Source of the DNA: an uncultured Bacteriovorax sp.
GTDB lineage: Bacteria; Bdellovibrionota; Bacteriovoracia; Bacteriovoracales; Bacteriovoracaceae
Assembly (NCBI GenBank): GCA_964593545.1
Contig: CAZQJK010000009.1
Span: 17,505 to 81,504, forward strand
Direction of reading: 5' to 3'
Length of the DNA stretch: 64,000 nt
Below are positions 34,996 to 45,623 of this stretch, one piece after another; position 1 is the stretch's first letter; every line of letters starts with the position of its first letter. The notes below the pieces were generated by a model, which saw nothing but the letters and a program-made list of their open reading frames with translations, was not told the DNA's origin and searched no databases. The position numbers and the translations under genes are program-made.

Positions 34996-36715
34996 AATCG
35001 TTTCATTTATATTCATAATCATGACTTTAAGCTCATGCTTAAAATCAAAAACAACAAATCATAAATCTCTTAATTTTCCACTATCAGGGGAAATATCTAC
35101 TCTTGATCCTGCCAACTCCTTTGATACAGTTTCATTATCAATTGTATATCAAGGCTATGAGCAATTATTTGAATACCATTACCTACTTAGACCATACAAA
35201 ATAACACCCCTACTAGCAGCAGATATGCCCAAAATTGAAAACCAAGGAAAGAGATATATAATTTCTCTTAAAAAGAACATTCCTTATCATGACGATCCTG
35301 CTTTTCAAGGGCAAAAACGCTTTGTGAAAGCTGAAGATTTTATAAACCAAATTAAAAGATTAGCATTTATTCCTCTTAGAAGTAATGGTTGGTGGCTGTT
35401 TGAAGGACGTATCAAAGGGCTTAATAAATTTAGAGATGAAGTTCAAGATGATTATAAGAAGTTACTTGAATATAAAGTTGAAGGATTAACGGCTCTAGAT
35501 GATCACACACTAGTCATCGAACTCGAACAACCATATCCACAAATGATGAATGCTCTATCAATGAGTTTTACTTCACCTATTCCTAGGGAAGCTATTTTAC
35601 ACTACAAGAATATGCTTGATCATGTCATTATCGGTACAGGTGCCTATAAGCTTGACAACTGGGAACGTGGCTCTAAATTAACAATGAGTAAATTTGATGA
35701 GTATCATACGTCCTTCTATCCGGCGCAAGGTGACAGATTAGCACACAGCCGAAAACTACTTGTCGATGCAGGAAAGAGATTACCATTCATTGAAAAAATA
35801 AATTTCCATATCATTAAAGAATCACAAACAAGATGGCTACAGTTTATGTCTGGAAATCTAGATTTTCTTCGAGTACCTAAAGATAATTATCAAAGTCTAG
35901 TAACTCCAAGCGGAGAACTTACTGATGAATTTAAAGAAAAGAATGTAACACTTGAAATTTTTTCGACTCTAACTTTTTGGTGGATATCTTTCAATATGAA
36001 TGACTCTATTCTAGGGAAAAACTTAGATCTTAGAAAAGCAATTGCACACGCTATTAATGTTGATAAGTATATTGAAACATTTACAAATAATATTGGACTA
36101 AAAGCAAACTCAATATTTCCACCAGGAATACCTGGATACGACCCAACAAAAATTCTTCCTTATTCTTTTAATCTTGATAAAGCTAAGGAATACTTAGTGA
36201 AGGCGGGTTTTCCAGGCGGAAAAGGCTTACCAGAGCTGATCTATGACACGAGAGGTACATCAACAACCCAAAGACAGAGGGCAGAGTTTATTAAAGTCGA
36301 ACTCCAAAAAATTGGGATTAAACTAAAAGTACAAACAAATACTTTTCCTGGATTCTTAAAGAAAGCAAAGGAAGGGCAACTACAGTTATGGCTTGATGGA
36401 TGGTCACTTGATTACCCTGATGCTGAAAATGTTCTCCAACTTTTAATTTCTAAAAATCATCCCCCTGGGCCTAATGCTACAACATATGACAACAAAAAAT
36501 TTGATGCACTTTTTGAAAAATTAAAATTACTTCAAAATGGTCCTGAGAAGTTTGCTATTATGAAAGAAATGGAAAAGATGGCAATTGACGATCTTCCATG
36601 GGCCCTTCTCTTTTATGCTCGAGACTATATTGTTTATCATAACAGACTAAAAAACTTCAGATATAGTGATCTCATTACAAATAAAGTTAAATACTTAAGT
36701 ACATCTGAAGACTAA
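34970..36715 (+). CDS. Family 5 (OppA/DppA-like) solute-binding lipoprotein
   Basis: Lipobox LSSC, TLDPA, IGTGAY, WSLDYPDAEN; start moved to 34970 (SD AGGAG). Confidence 0.9.
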   Translation: MKKKLSIIKIVSFIFIIMTLSSCLKSKTTNHKSLNFPLSGEISTLDPANSFDTVSLSIVYQGYEQLFEYHYLLRPYKITPLLAADMPKIENQGKRYIISLKKNIPYHDDPAFQGQKRFVKAEDFINQIKRLAFIPLRSNGWWLFEGRIKGLNKFRDEVQDDYKKLLEYKVEGLTALDDHTLVIELEQPYPQMMNALSMSFTSPIPREAILHYKNMLDHVIIGTGAYKLDNWERGSKLTMSKFDEYHTSFYPAQGDRLAHSRKLLVDAGKRLPFIEKINFHIIKESQTRWLQFMSGNLDFLRVPKDNYQSLVTPSGELTDEFKEKNVTLEIFSTLTFWWISFNMNDSILGKNLDLRKAIAHAINVDKYIETFTNNIGLKANSIFPPGIPGYDPTKILPYSFNLDKAKEYLVKAGFPGGKGLPELIYDTRGTSTTQRQRAEFIKVELQKIGIKLKVQTNTFPGFLKKAKEGQLQLWLDGWSLDYPDAENVLQLLISKNHPPGPNATTYDNKKFDALFEKLKLLQNGPEKFAIMKEMEKMAIDDLPWALLFYARDYIVYHNRLKNFRYSDLITNKVKYLSTSED

Positions 36716-36729
36716 AGTCATCAAAAACT

Positions 36730-36756
36730 AAGGGCATATTTTACCTACGTGCCCTT
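36730..36756 (+). terminator. Hairpin after the solute-binding protein gene
   Basis: AAGGGCAT...GTGCCCTT stem, no U-tract. Confidence 0.4.
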
Positions 36757-36771
36757 CAGTCCTTAGTCTAG

Positions 36772-36798
36772 GCAAGTTTTTCTCTACTTTGTCGATAT
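36772..36798 (+). promoter_or_regulatory. sigma28-like promoter
   Basis: GCAAGTTT-N11-GTCGATAT. Confidence 0.55.
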
Positions 36799-36841
36799 GT
36801 TCAGTAGAGACAATTGCTCTTACTGCAACAAAGGACAAACA

Positions 36842-37237
36842 ATGACTCTTGCACGAAAATTTCTATTTGTTTATTTATTCCTCTCAAATATTATATTTGC
36901 TCGAGAATACTTCATCTTTAGCGTGGAGCACGACCTGCCAATGGGCATGGAAGAAGAGGTTCTAAGAAAGAATTACTTTATCAATATTGGAGAAAAACAA
37001 GGTGTAACAGTCGGAACAACATTAGATGTTTTTAGAACTGTTGATCAAAATGATCCCTATGAAACGAAGAAAAGATATTCCTATGATATCAAAGTTGGTG
37101 AATTAGAAGTCATTCACCAAGACAGAGATGCCTCGATTGCTGTATCAAAAAACATCAGAGAAGGTGAGAAGATACCGATTCTAGAAGTACCAAATTTTAT
37201 GGTCGGTGATGCAGTTAAATTAAAGTTAGCTCAATAA
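36842..37237 (+). CDS. Exported protein, FlgT C-terminal-like domain
   Basis: Signal peptide; YFINIGEKQGVTVGTTLDVFR...VGELEV; SD AAGGA. Confidence 0.65.
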   Translation: MTLARKFLFVYLFLSNIIFAREYFIFSVEHDLPMGMEEEVLRKNYFINIGEKQGVTVGTTLDVFRTVDQNDPYETKKRYSYDIKVGELEVIHQDRDASIAVSKNIREGEKIPILEVPNFMVGDAVKLKLAQ

Positions 37238-37241
37238 TAAG

Positions 37242-37478
37242 TTAAGATCTCTGATGCAAAACTGTTCTGCGCTCTTTAATCATTTGAACTTGATTATTGA
37301 GTGCATTCAAAGCCTTTTCTTGCCTCTCAATAATTTTTGGCTCAAGTCCTTCAACTTCACGAAGATTTTTAAGGACGATATTAACCATACCTTGAGCGAC
37401 AACGATATGGTTGCTTATATCATGCAGGAATTTTCTCTCTTCAAGAGCAAGGTCCTGTACTGTTAATTCATCACTCAT
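37242..37478 (-). CDS. Stand-alone HisKA/DHp-like small protein
   Basis: ERKFLHDISNHIVVAQG H-box-like helix; 78 aa, no CA domain. Confidence 0.65.
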   Translation of the reverse strand: MSDELTVQDLALEERKFLHDISNHIVVAQGMVNIVLKNLREVEGLEPKIIERQEKALNALNNQVQMIKERRTVLHQRS

Positions 37479-37491
37479 TTTTGATAGCCTT

Positions 37492-37737
37492 TTAAAGAAA
37501 TTTGATAGACTCTAATGTACCAATAATTTCTGTTTTTTCAACCTGGTAAATTATTATTTTACACAAACAAGGCGTTGGCCGACTTACCTTCTTTAGTAAT
37601 AATTTCGTTCTAAGCCTGACTGTTTTAACAACACTTCCCTTATATACGCCATTAAAACCCATCACCAATTCACAGAAATTTTTATTAAAATTAATTTTCT
37701 TTGGTTCAAGATAAGAAATTAGATAAACTGACTTCAT
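37492..37737 (-). CDS. Small hypothetical protein
   Basis: SD GGAGGA before MKSVYL; fills the gap between genes. Confidence 0.5.
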   Translation of the reverse strand: MKSVYLISYLEPKKINFNKNFCELVMGFNGVYKGSVVKTVRLRTKLLLKKVSRPTPCLCKIIIYQVEKTEIIGTLESIKFL

Positions 37738-37847
37738 TTTTCCTCCAGTAATGACCATTATTGCAAGGTGATTATTGGAGCAAGTTCATAAATAGCTATA
37801 ATTAGAAGATAAAATAGATGAAGAATAAACTTTCTGAACTGGCTACT

Positions 37848-37876
37848 TTGACATATAATGATTTTTCAAATATAAA
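37848..37876 (+). promoter_or_regulatory. sigma70 promoter of rpoZ
   Basis: TTGACA-N17-TATAAA. Confidence 0.8.
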
Positions 37877-37917
37877 ATAATTTTGAATTATCATAGTCTA
37901 AATGACGGAGCGCAACA

Positions 37918-38130
37918 ATGGCAAGAATTACGATCGAAGATTGTCTTGAAAAAGTAGAAAACAGATACGAATTAGTACACCTTTGTGTAAAAAGAGTGAA
38001 ACAATTAAGAGAAGGCGCTGACCCACTAGTAAAAAGCAAAAACAAAGAAGTGGTAACAGCACTAAGAGAAATTGCAGCTGGAAAAGTTAAGCATGCTCCA
38101 ATGAGTGAATACGATTCTGACGAATTTTAA
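37918..38130 (+). CDS. rpoZ: RNA polymerase omega subunit
   Basis: [10 protein letters not shown]...NRYELV...ALREIAAGK. Confidence 0.95.
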   Translation: MARITIEDCLEKVENRYELVHLCVKRVKQLREGADPLVKSKNKEVVTALREIAAGKVKHAPMSEYDSDEF

Positions 38131-38151
38131 TTTTTTATTTAAATTTAATAT

Positions 38152-38182
38152 AAAAAAAAGGACCCTTTCGGGTCCTTTTTTT
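38152..38182. terminator. Bidirectional terminator rpoZ/lon
   Basis: A-run GGACCC-TTTC-GGGTCC T-run. Confidence 0.9.
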
Positions 38183-40685
38183 ATCTCTTCTTTCTTGGCA
38201 TTGCCAACTTTAAAACTTCATCAAAATGTGCAACTGGAAAAAACTTCATTCCCTTTCTATGTCTTTCAGGAACTTCTTTTAAGTCTTTCTCATTTTCTTT
38301 TGGAAGAATGATATTTGAAATACCAGCTCTTTTTGCAGCAAGAACTTTTTCCTTGATACCACCAACAGGTAATACTTTACCTGTCAAAGAGAGTTCTCCC
38401 GTCATTGCAAGGTTGCTTTTAATTTTTATACCATTAGCTAAAGAATAAAGCGCAAGTGCCATTGTTATACCAGCACTTGGTCCATCTTTTGGTGTCGCTC
38501 CAGCTGGTAAGTGAAGATGTATTTCATGATCAGAAAGAAAGTCTTCTTCAAGTTCCTCTTCGGCTTCTACTTCATCTGACTTCTTTTTAGTTTTTGTTTT
38601 TTTCTTCTTTTGATTTGCTAGGTACTCTTCTTCTATTTCTTCTTGAAGAAGTTTTTTAACATAACTGTAGGCTATGTTTGCAGACTCACTCATAACTTCA
38701 CCAATTTGCCCAGTGAGTTTAAATCCGCCTTTCCCAACAAGTGGAATTGTTTCAATATAGAGAATTTCTCCACCATATGAAGTCCATGCTAGACCAGTAG
38801 ACATACCTGGCATTAAATCTTTTAGTGCTTTCTCACTTGTAAATCTTGGTGGCCCTAAATAGTCTTCAAGCTGAGCAATTGTTGGTGTAAATTTTTTCTT
38901 TCTCTTTGCTGTTACTTTCTCTAATGCTGCTCTTCTACAAAGTTTCGCAATTGTTTGTTCCATCACACGAACACCAGGCTCTCTTGCATAATCCTCGATA
39001 AGTTTATGGAGCAGTTTATTATTTAACGCCATATCATCTTTCTTAAGTCCGTGCTTCTCTAATTGCTTAGGAATTACCCACTTACTTGCAATCGACACTT
39101 TCTCTTCCATCGAGTAACCACTCAACTCAATTACTTCCATTCTGTCCAAGAGTGCCTCTGGAATATCAGCTAAGTAGTTTGCTGTTGCAATGAAAAGAAC
39201 TTTTGATAAATCAAAAGGAACATCCAAATAATGATCAATGAAATTATGATTTTGTTCTGGATCTAAGACTTCAAGTAGGGCCGATGCTGGATCACCTTGG
39301 TATGATTGTCCTAATTTATCAATTTCATCGAGCATAATAACAGGATTATTTACTTCAACTCTCTTTAGTGCCTGAACAATACGTCCTGGCATTGCTCCAA
39401 CATAGGTTCTTCTATGTCCCTTAATTTCAGCTTCATCTCTCATACCACCAAGAGAGAATCGATAAAACTTTCTTCCAAGAGCTTCAGCGATACTTCTTCC
39501 CATCGATGTCTTACCAACACCAGGAGGTCCTGATAAACATAGAATTGTTCCATCATATTTTGGCTTGAGTTTACGAACAGCTAGGAACTCAAGAATTCTC
39601 TCTTTCGCTTTCTCTAAACCATAGTGATCTTTCTCTAGAATTTTTTTCGCCTTAATCATATCAACTGATTCAGTTGTAGCTTTTGACCATGGTAGATCAA
39701 GAATCCAATTCAAATATGTTCTTGTAACGTTATACTCAGGTGATGAGTCTGGAATAACTTCTAAGCGTTCGATTTCATCTTCAACAGATTTCATCACTTC
39801 TTCTGGTAAATTTGCTTCAAGTATTTTTTCTCTGATCTTATTCATATCACGAGACTTATCATCATCTTCCATTCCAAGTTCGCTTCTAATTACTTTTAGT
39901 TGCTCTCTTAGAAAATATTCTCTTTGATACTTATTTACTTTATCATTAACCTCATCAGAAATTTTCTTCTGAATATCAGCGACGTCTTTTTCTCTTCTTA
40001 AATAAACGAGAAGCTTTCCAAATCTCTTTTTTACAACTAGTGTCTCAAGAAAATCTTGAGCCTCAGGAATATCAAGAGAAAGTGCAAAAGCAACTAAGTC
40101 AGCGAGGGCCCCAGGCGATGGCGAGTTAATCATCGCAAGTTTCATCTCTTCGTTAAAGTATGCGTTTATTTCACTAAGTTTCTTTACTTGGTTAATAACA
40201 GATCTTGTATATGCATCTAATTCTTCATCCTCTTCAAGAATATCATCAAACACTTCATACTTTGCTTTTAAAAGAGGTGCGCTTTCAATGATCTGAGAAG
40301 CTCTAAATCTCTTGATCCCATGAACCAAAATATTTACTGACCCATCAGGAAGTTTAAGTCTTTTTACTACCTTACAAAGAACTCCAACTTTATAAATATC
40401 CCCTGGTTTAATCTCTCTGTTTTCAAGATCATTTTGAATATCCGGGTCTATTTCGCCTTCTTCATTTTTTAAATCATACTTAACAAGGTTAAGTGCTAAA
40501 TATCCATTCTTGATAAGATATTGATCAAGATCTGATGTATACTTATCTTCAGTTAAAACAATTGGCGCAATCATTCCAGGAAAGATCGGGCTATTCATAA
40601 TTGGAATAATTACAACTTCATCAGGAAAATTTTCTTCTCCATTTGATTCTTGAATCTGTACTTTATATTCTTCGATTTCGCTCAT
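38181..40685 (-). CDS. lon: Lon protease
   Basis: GPPGVGKTS, RRTYVGAMPG, PKDGPSAG, GGIKEK. Confidence 0.98.
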   Translation of the reverse strand: MSEIEEYKVQIQESNGEENFPDEVVIIPIMNSPIFPGMIAPIVLTEDKYTSDLDQYLIKNGYLALNLVKYDLKNEEGEIDPDIQNDLENREIKPGDIYKVGVLCKVVKRLKLPDGSVNILVHGIKRFRASQIIESAPLLKAKYEVFDDILEEDEELDAYTRSVINQVKKLSEINAYFNEEMKLAMINSPSPGALADLVAFALSLDIPEAQDFLETLVVKKRFGKLLVYLRREKDVADIQKKISDEVNDKVNKYQREYFLREQLKVIRSELGMEDDDKSRDMNKIREKILEANLPEEVMKSVEDEIERLEVIPDSSPEYNVTRTYLNWILDLPWSKATTESVDMIKAKKILEKDHYGLEKAKERILEFLAVRKLKPKYDGTILCLSGPPGVGKTSMGRSIAEALGRKFYRFSLGGMRDEAEIKGHRRTYVGAMPGRIVQALKRVEVNNPVIMLDEIDKLGQSYQGDPASALLEVLDPEQNHNFIDHYLDVPFDLSKVLFIATANYLADIPEALLDRMEVIELSGYSMEEKVSIASKWVIPKQLEKHGLKKDDMALNNKLLHKLIEDYAREPGVRVMEQTIAKLCRRAALEKVTAKRKKKFTPTIAQLEDYLGPPRFTSEKALKDLMPGMSTGLAWTSYGGEILYIETIPLVGKGGFKLTGQIGEVMSESANIAYSYVKKLLQEEIEEEYLANQKKKKTKTKKKSDEVEAEEELEEDFLSDHEIHLHLPAGATPKDGPSAGITMALALYSLANGIKIKSNLAMTGELSLTGKVLPVGGIKEKVLAAKRAGISNIILPKENEKDLKEVPERHRKGMKFFPVAHFDEVLKLAMPRKKR

Positions 40686-40704
40686 ATGTCCTCTTTATTA
40701 GTTA

Positions 40705-41187
40705 TTAATTTTTTATATCGATCACTAGTCTTCCAGGATTTGTTAAATAGAAAATATCAATTGAATAATCTGCTTTTAATATAACTTCAGTTGATAAAGA
40801 CTCATCACCAACAGGATAGAACTCTATTTTATCTACATACTTAGAATTACCGAATGACCCTATACCACTACCTATTGTCGTATTAAAAAAATCGATGAAT
40901 ATTTTTTTATTTTTTTCTGACTTGTACCCGTAAACTCTTGGAGTACTTGCGGTATCAAAATCAAAGACCAATCTTTCATAACCATTCGCAGGTTGATATC
41001 CGTGGCGTATCGATTTCAAAACTGATCCACTGATGTTATTTGTACTGTGAAAAATTCCACCTTTAAAATAGATTGATCTTTTCTTATCACTGATTTTTCG
41101 AATTCTTTCACTCATTAAATCTTGAGCGCTCGAAACTTGAACGAATAGAACAGAGAGAAATAAAACTAGTATTTTTAAATTAAACAT
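40705..41187 (-). CDS. Exported AMIN-like domain protein
   Basis: Signal peptide, YERLVFDF, PGRLVIDI. Confidence 0.7.
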   Translation of the reverse strand: MFNLKILVLFLSVLFVQVSSAQDLMSERIRKISDKKRSIYFKGGIFHSTNNISGSVLKSIRHGYQPANGYERLVFDFDTASTPRVYGYKSEKNKKIFIDFFNTTIGSGIGSFGNSKYVDKIEFYPVGDESLSTEVILKADYSIDIFYLTNPGRLVIDIKN

Positions 41188-41256
41188 TAAAACCCTTCCA
41201 TGGTCATTAATTATATCTCTATTATTTTACGTGATTGTGAACAAAAAAAGAAGATT

Positions 41257-41940
41257 TTACTTCCAAGTTTTAACTCGACGCATACGCATGGCGCCAATAA
41301 CTCCAAATAAAACCGAAAACCAGAGAATATTTACACTTGTTCCATCTGCTGACTTTTCTTCATCATAAGATGCAATCGCTCTTCCAACCTCTTTTCTCTT
41401 AACTTCATAGACGAATTTATCAGTGTGGTAGTTTGTCAGGTAGTCACCAAATGTAGTTCTCACCCAAATATCGAAAGAACGATATGGAATTTTTCCTAAA
41501 TTTGGATGATCTGGAAACGCCATTGAGATCAATCTAAACTGATCTCCTCTCCCTTCATAATCATACACTCCGAGCTTGTCGTAGTAAGGTCTAAAGCCGA
41601 AGCTATCTCTTTGAACGAGAATTATATACTGTGAACTTAAGGCAAACTCTGGAGCATTTGGATTCTCATAGATGAGCTCCTGCCACTCTCCGCCTTCATA
41701 GTGAATGGTAAAAACATTTTTATTAACGAGGTATCGATTTCCAATACCAGCACTTTTTAAAATTTTAAATGAGGCCTCGGTAAGAATTTTACCCTCGTGA
41801 TCCTTCTTGTATACCTGCCCTAAGTATTCACCTAAGATTACACCATCAGCTTCATTCAGCTGCTTCTTCATTGGTATAGGGAAGATCTGAGCAGCCAAGC
41901 TCGTCATTGTAATTATGGATAGTAGTAAGAGTTTCTTCAT
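41257..41940 (-). CDS. Exported protein with C-terminal membrane anchor
   Basis: Signal peptide MKKLLLL, C-terminal TM plus basic tail RMRRVK. Confidence 0.75.
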   Translation of the reverse strand: MKKLLLLSIITMTSLAAQIFPIPMKKQLNEADGVILGEYLGQVYKKDHEGKILTEASFKILKSAGIGNRYLVNKNVFTIHYEGGEWQELIYENPNAPEFALSSQYIILVQRDSFGFRPYYDKLGVYDYEGRGDQFRLISMAFPDHPNLGKIPYRSFDIWVRTTFGDYLTNYHTDKFVYEVKRKEVGRAIASYDEEKSADGTSVNILWFSVLFGVIGAMRMRRVKTWK

Positions 41941-41967
41941 TAAGAGCCCAGTCATAGATTCAATGAC

Positions 41968-41994
41968 TCATCGGCGACTTTTCTGAATACTTTA
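41968..41994 (-). promoter_or_regulatory. sigma28 promoter
   Basis: TAAAGTAT-N11-GCCGATGA. Confidence 0.75.
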
Positions 41995-41999
41995 GCTTT

Positions 42000-44564
42000 T
42001 TAGTCGGAGACTTCAATATTTATGACATCAAAGTCACTAAATATCGGGTGGTTATCTATTACGATGAGGGTATTTCCTTTACTTGATAACCCAATCATAA
42101 GATCCCGTATTCGTACTAATTCCTTTATTGAGAGACCATAAGAAATATCGGTAAATATGAGTAGAGAATTCTCTAAATCTTTTTGCAAAGTATTTAAAAA
42201 CTTAACTCTCAATCTCTCTCCTCCCGATAGTGAAGGAAGTGTACGGTCCAAAGTAAGATAGCCTAAGTTAAGAAGCTTTAGATACTCCACAATTCTTTTT
42301 AATTTGGGTGTTGATCTAATGTGTTCAAAAAGTTCAACGACTGGAGTGTTATAAGCCTCAACAATTGTATACTTACCATCTGAAATATTTGAATAGAACT
42401 TATTAAGCTTCTTTCCCTCGCAATCCTCACATGGAAAGCTAACATCTTCTAAAAATTGCATATCGATTTCGATAATACCTTTTCCTTCACATGTAGGGCA
42501 TTTTCCTAAATCTGAGTTTGATGAGAAGTGACCATCTTTGAGACCTAAGCTTTTTGAAACAGGAAGAGTTGCATAATATTTTCTGACAAATGGAGAGATT
42601 CCAAGCATCGTACCAACTGTTGATCGTCCTGAGGCTCTTTCAATATTTGTTTCGTAAACAATTATATTTTCAAAATTAGTATACTTAGAATACTTTCTAA
42701 TTTTATATTTAACATCGTAATTCTTTTTTTCGTCGAAGTGTCTTGAATTAAGATCATTGGCAACTACATCGATAATAAATCTTTTCGAAAAAGACTCTCT
42801 AAATGATTTTACAGTCGAGACAACACCGACAGGAATTGAAAGTTTCTTAATTTTTTTGTGCTCAAACTCGATATCCGACAATTCAATAAATGACTTCGCC
42901 TTCTCCGGTACATATTTTGGAGATTTCTCAATTGCTTTTTTCTTATACGGCCCCTGATAGATGATATCACCACCGAGATGTCCTGCTCCTGGCCCAACTT
43001 CAATTATCCAATCAGAAGCTTTTTGAACTTCTCGAGCATGATCGACAAGAACAAGTGTATTATTTGTAGCTAACCTTTTTAAATACTTCACAAGAGTTAA
43101 TTGTTCATTTTTATTTAAACCTAGACTTGGCTCATCTAAAATAAAAAGAGAACCCGATCCTTGATAACTTAAGTAGCGGACAAGTAAAGACTTTTGATAT
43201 TCGTTAGACTCCAGCTCTTTAATTTTTTTAGTAATTTGAAATGATCCTAAACCAAACTCTAGAGCAAGATTAAGTTTTGAAACAATTCTATCAATAATAA
43301 CTTCTTTCCCTGATATTTTAAGATCACTTAGCAGCTGACTTAATTCAGAGATATTCATTTTAAGTAGTTCACCATATTTGGGAAGGCCAGAATTACTCTT
43401 ATACAAAGCTGATTTCTCGCTTATACGGGTTCCATCACATAATGAGCAGATTGAATCAGTTTGAATTGATCTTAGAAATATTCTAACACTTCTCTTATAG
43501 CGTTTCTCCTCCATCCAAGATAGCATTTCCAGAATGCCAGGGAAGCTGCCTTCACCACCCAGAAGAATTGGGAATACTTTCTTCTCAACTTCAAAAAATG
43601 GAACAGTTAATGAGATATTCTTCTTTTTCAATATCGCTTTAAATGATTTCTCATATTGATTAAATTTACTATATGAAAGAATTGAAATGGCCCCGTCATT
43701 AATTGATTTTGCGGGATACTTAACTAACTTATCTCGACTATAGTTAAGTACGGAACCGTAACCCTTACACTCGATACAAGCTCCAACGCCATTAAAGGGT
43801 AGAAGTTCACCAATTTCTCTAACAGGGCTTATGCCTTCTTGTTTACACTCAAAGCATATTCTTTCCGACTCAATTTTTATATAATCATATTCTCTTCGAG
43901 TTTCATTAAAAACCAAGAGCATCGCACCTATCTTACCAAGGAATGGAAATTCTAGAAGCTTTTTACCAACAGAAGAAATTGATTTCCCCTTAATCCTAAA
44001 AAGTTCCCAATATTGATGGTCACTATCAAATTCAGAAATACCATGGTCATCTGTTTTATAACTTCTAAGTGGCAGACCACTAATATTCTCAGTGTAAATA
44101 TTCTTGTCTATTAAAATATGAATAATATCACTATCGCTTGTAACTAAGTGTGAGCATTGCTCGACGAAGTAATCCACTCCTTCCTGATATTTTTCTCCAT
44201 GAATTGGACATTTCAAGGGATAGTCATCAAAATATAATTTAGCGATATCCATCGTTAGTTCAAACTGATCTGATAAATTTAACCTTGAGCCAACAATTGG
44301 ATTATGTTGAGGAAGTATCCAAACTGGCAACACTGGAGATATCGAATCGACATCAGCACTCTGTGGTACACGGTCAAAGAAAGTAACACTTGATGGAAGA
44401 GAGTTCAAGAATCGCCTCTTTGATTCATTTGCAAGAGTATGAAATACCAATGATGACTTTCCAGAGCCCGAAGGACCAACCACACATGTGATTTTATCCA
44501 TAGGAAAATCTACTGAAATATTTTTAAGATTATTTGTTTTACATCCGCGTATACTTATCTTCAC
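42000..44564 (-). CDS. UvrA-like ABC ATPase, one site degenerate
   Basis: [17 protein letters not shown], Zn fingers, [15 protein letters not shown]. Confidence 0.85.
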   Translation of the reverse strand: MKISIRGCKTNNLKNISVDFPMDKITCVVGPSGSGKSSLVFHTLANESKRRFLNSLPSSVTFFDRVPQSADVDSISPVLPVWILPQHNPIVGSRLNLSDQFELTMDIAKLYFDDYPLKCPIHGEKYQEGVDYFVEQCSHLVTSDSDIIHILIDKNIYTENISGLPLRSYKTDDHGISEFDSDHQYWELFRIKGKSISSVGKKLLEFPFLGKIGAMLLVFNETRREYDYIKIESERICFECKQEGISPVREIGELLPFNGVGACIECKGYGSVLNYSRDKLVKYPAKSINDGAISILSYSKFNQYEKSFKAILKKKNISLTVPFFEVEKKVFPILLGGEGSFPGILEMLSWMEEKRYKRSVRIFLRSIQTDSICSLCDGTRISEKSALYKSNSGLPKYGELLKMNISELSQLLSDLKISGKEVIIDRIVSKLNLALEFGLGSFQITKKIKELESNEYQKSLLVRYLSYQGSGSLFILDEPSLGLNKNEQLTLVKYLKRLATNNTLVLVDHAREVQKASDWIIEVGPGAGHLGGDIIYQGPYKKKAIEKSPKYVPEKAKSFIELSDIEFEHKKIKKLSIPVGVVSTVKSFRESFSKRFIIDVVANDLNSRHFDEKKNYDVKYKIRKYSKYTNFENIIVYETNIERASGRSTVGTMLGISPFVRKYYATLPVSKSLGLKDGHFSSNSDLGKCPTCEGKGIIEIDMQFLEDVSFPCEDCEGKKLNKFYSNISDGKYTIVEAYNTPVVELFEHIRSTPKLKRIVEYLKLLNLGYLTLDRTLPSLSGGERLRVKFLNTLQKDLENSLLIFTDISYGLSIKELVRIRDLMIGLSSKGNTLIVIDNHPIFSDFDVINIEVSD

Positions 44565-44616
44565 AGATAGAACATACCAGATATTTTTAGAATGTAACTA
44601 GACGAATTCCATACAT

Positions 44617-44645
44617 AAAAAAAAAGGTCCAACAACGTTGGACCT
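44617..44645 (-). terminator. Terminator of rplM-rpsI
   Basis: AGGTCCAAC-N3-GTTGGACCT followed by a T-run on the minus strand. Confidence 0.9.
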
Positions 44646-44674
44646 CTTTAATATTTTCAAAAATAAAAAATAAA

Positions 44675-45079
44675 TTATCTTTTTGAGAATTGGTACTTTG
44701 CTCTTGCACCACGTAGACCAGCTTTTTGTCTTTCAACTTTTCTTGGGTCACGAGTGATAAATCCAGCAGCTTTTAATTCTGGTCTTAAAGAAGCATCTAA
44801 TTTTAGAATTGCTCTTGTAATACCAAGTCTTGAAGCACCAGCTTGACCAGTAGTTCCACCACCACAAACATTAATTTTAATGTCATACTTATCACCTAAC
44901 TTAGTTAGATTAAGTGGTTGGTTAACAACATATCTATCAGTTCCCTTTGGGAAGTAATCTTTGATATCTCTATTATTGATTGTAATTTTACCTGAACCTT
45001 CAGCAACATATACTCTAGCAACAGAAGATTTTCTTCTACCTACAGCTTGAGAGTTCCAAGTTTTTCCTTTTGCAGCCAT
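44675..45079 (-). CDS. rpsI: 30S ribosomal protein S9
   Basis: [33 protein letters not shown]. Confidence 0.98.
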   Translation of the reverse strand: MAAKGKTWNSQAVGRRKSSVARVYVAEGSGKITINNRDIKDYFPKGTDRYVVNQPLNLTKLGDKYDIKINVCGGGTTGQAGASRLGITRAILKLDASLRPELKAAGFITRDPRKVERQKAGLRGARAKYQFSKR

Positions 45080-45092
45080 TATCTACCTCTTC

Positions 45093-45530
45093 CTAGAATT
45101 TATATACTTCTGGTTGTTGAGCACTGTGTGCGTGTTCTGTACCAGCGAATACTTTAAGTTTTGTTAATTGCTTTCTTCCTAAAGAATTCTTTGGAAGCAT
45201 ACCCTTAACAGCATTTAAAAGAATAAGATCTGGTCTTTTAGCAAGTTGCTCTTTTGCAGTTCTTTCTTTTAAACCACCAACATAACCAGAGTGCTTATAA
45301 TAAATTTTCTGATCCCACTTGTTTCCAGTGAATTTTACTTTATCAGCGTTTACAACAACTACAAAGTCACCAGAATCAGTGTGTGGAGTATATTTCGGAT
45401 TGTTTTTTCCTCTTAATACGTTAGCAATCTCTGTCGCTAATCTACCAACAACCATATCTTCAGCATCGATCAAGTACCACTTTTTCGCAGCTTCAGCAGG
45501 TTTTAAAACAAAAGATTTTTCAGTGTACAT
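45093..45530 (-). CDS. rplM: 50S ribosomal protein L13
   Basis: WYLIDA, GRLAT, YTPHTDSGD, VKGMLPK. Confidence 0.98.
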   Translation of the reverse strand: MYTEKSFVLKPAEAAKKWYLIDAEDMVVGRLATEIANVLRGKNNPKYTPHTDSGDFVVVVNADKVKFTGNKWDQKIYYKHSGYVGGLKERTAKEQLAKRPDLILLNAVKGMLPKNSLGRKQLTKLKVFAGTEHAHSAQQPEVYKF

Positions 45531-45593
45531 AACCAACCTTCTTCAACTAAATAAAAATTAAACATATGTCTCAAGTAAAGACAGATGAGGAAA

Positions 45594-45623
45594 CTTATAT
45601 AGGATTATTGGGCCTCTCGTCAA
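45594..45623 (-). promoter_or_regulatory. sigma70 promoter of rplM
   Basis: TTGACG-N18-TATAAG. Confidence 0.6.
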
